The position numbers were made by a program, and so were the translations under genes. Positions 63,431 through 64,000 of a DNA stretch of 64,000 bases are shown one piece after another. The stretch lies in NCBI GenBank assembly GCA_017443895.1, contig JAFSXU010000053.1:40802-104801 (forward strand), written 5' to 3'. How positions within the stretch are numbered: position 1 is the first letter of the stretch; every line of letters begins with the position of its first letter. Source of the DNA: Clostridia bacterium (GTDB taxonomy: Bacteria; Bacillota; Clostridia; UBA1381). The notes beneath the pieces were generated by a model. That model did not search any database and was not told where the DNA came from. It saw nothing but the letters and a program-made list of their open reading frames with translations.

Positions 63431-64000
63431 TCATAATAACTCACCTTTTTTATGCAAACCAAATTCCACGAAACAATAATCATCGTTCCATGTATCCTCT
63501 GCCCTATCATTCCATATGCAGTTTTCCTTATAAAACGATGACGGACATACATTATAGCACTCTCCCTCTTTTAAATGATGAGGGCCCAACAGGTTTCTAA
63601 GGTTATTTATAAGTGTAAGTTTTATTTTCTGTTTGCCACACTCACAGTCGGAGAGTGATACTTTATTATCGGTAAGCATTGTTTTTTCTTTGCCGTTTAT
63701 CTCAACTCTCACCGCATTTACACCTGTAGCATTAAGTTCCAGAACAGGATTTTTACCGTCAATTACAGCCTCGCCGACAAGTGACAGTTCTCCGCTAAAG
63801 AACGGGAAACCCTGCTGTTCAATATTGTTAAGGCTTATACATCCGGGCAGTTTGTCTATAACAAAACCACCGCTGTATCGGAGGGCATTTTTTGAAAGCG
63901 AGTGCCACCTGCCATCTGTTTTTACCGAAAAATTACCGACAAGATATACAGCCTCTATTTCCATATCGTATGAGAGTTTATTTTTCTCACTCTCAAATAT
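63431..64000 (-). CDS. C-terminal part of a larger protein (glycoside-hydrolase-like beta-sandwich region); 5' end lies outside the window
   Basis: The reading frame stays open from 63964 to the window edge. Contains ...LINNLRNLLGPHH. Confidence 0.45.
   Translation of the reverse strand: MFESEKNKLSYDMEIEAVYLVGNFSVKTDGRWHSLSKNALRYSGGFVIDKLPGCISLNNIEQQGFPFFSGELSLVGEAVIDGKNPVLELNATGVNAVRVEINGKEKTMLTDNKVSLSDCECGKQKIKLTLINNLRNLLGPHHLKEGECYNVCPSSFYKENCIWNDRAEDTWNDDYCFVEFGLHKKGELL

Noticed and set aside
1-64000. Scan for CRISPR arrays, tRNA/rRNA genes, transposases, integrases and prophage blocks.
   Set aside because: I found no regularly spaced direct repeats, no tRNA-like cloverleaf candidates, and no recombinase-like ORFs. 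Mobility signals are limited to the small non-autonomous repeats reported above.

Overview
Chromosomal window from an AT-rich, spore-forming Firmicute. The gene content is Clostridia-like: split transketolase, SpoVG, a SPOCS/LysM coat-type protein, mini-RNase III next to CysS, and a NusG_II/Gx/ApbE cluster. A Ruminococcaceae/Oscillospiraceae-type gut organism is only my guess. I support about 60 protein genes: NifS/IscU, two two-component systems, an ABC-2 exporter, L21/L27, a giant secreted alkaline-phosphatase fusion, FabF, MurC, MltG/TrmR, CysS, sugar kinases and isomerases, a DUF5107-TPR/AraC/GH13 locus, and many secreted or lipoproteins. I found no rRNA, tRNA, CRISPR array, transposase, integrase or prophage. 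The unusual content is in the intergenic space. (1) A 937-bp cassette sits between mltG and a CAP-domain gene and is bracketed by 74-bp direct repeats. It carries a consensus promoter, a ~180-nt structured RNA ending in an intrinsic terminator, and a stand-alone PBECR4-like (barnase/EndoU/RelE-fold) putative RNase with no protein partner. I rank it as the best candidate for an undescribed RNA-protein toxin/defence-like module. (2) Two further orphan consensus-promoter-to-terminator units look like sRNA genes (about 48503-48698 and 20060-20148). (3) A 150-220-bp palindromic MITE/REP-like family has three full copies, one with a nested insertion, plus one solo end; all sit next to terminators. 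(4) Other insertion-like structured segments are flanked by duplications of a gene's 3' end. (5) A tightly coupled FabF / Nif11-like peptide / Cys-rich mini-protein / FAD-oxidoreductase / DMT-transporter operon could be a small biosynthetic cluster. All RNA folds and family assignments were made by eye or from memory and need computational confirmation.
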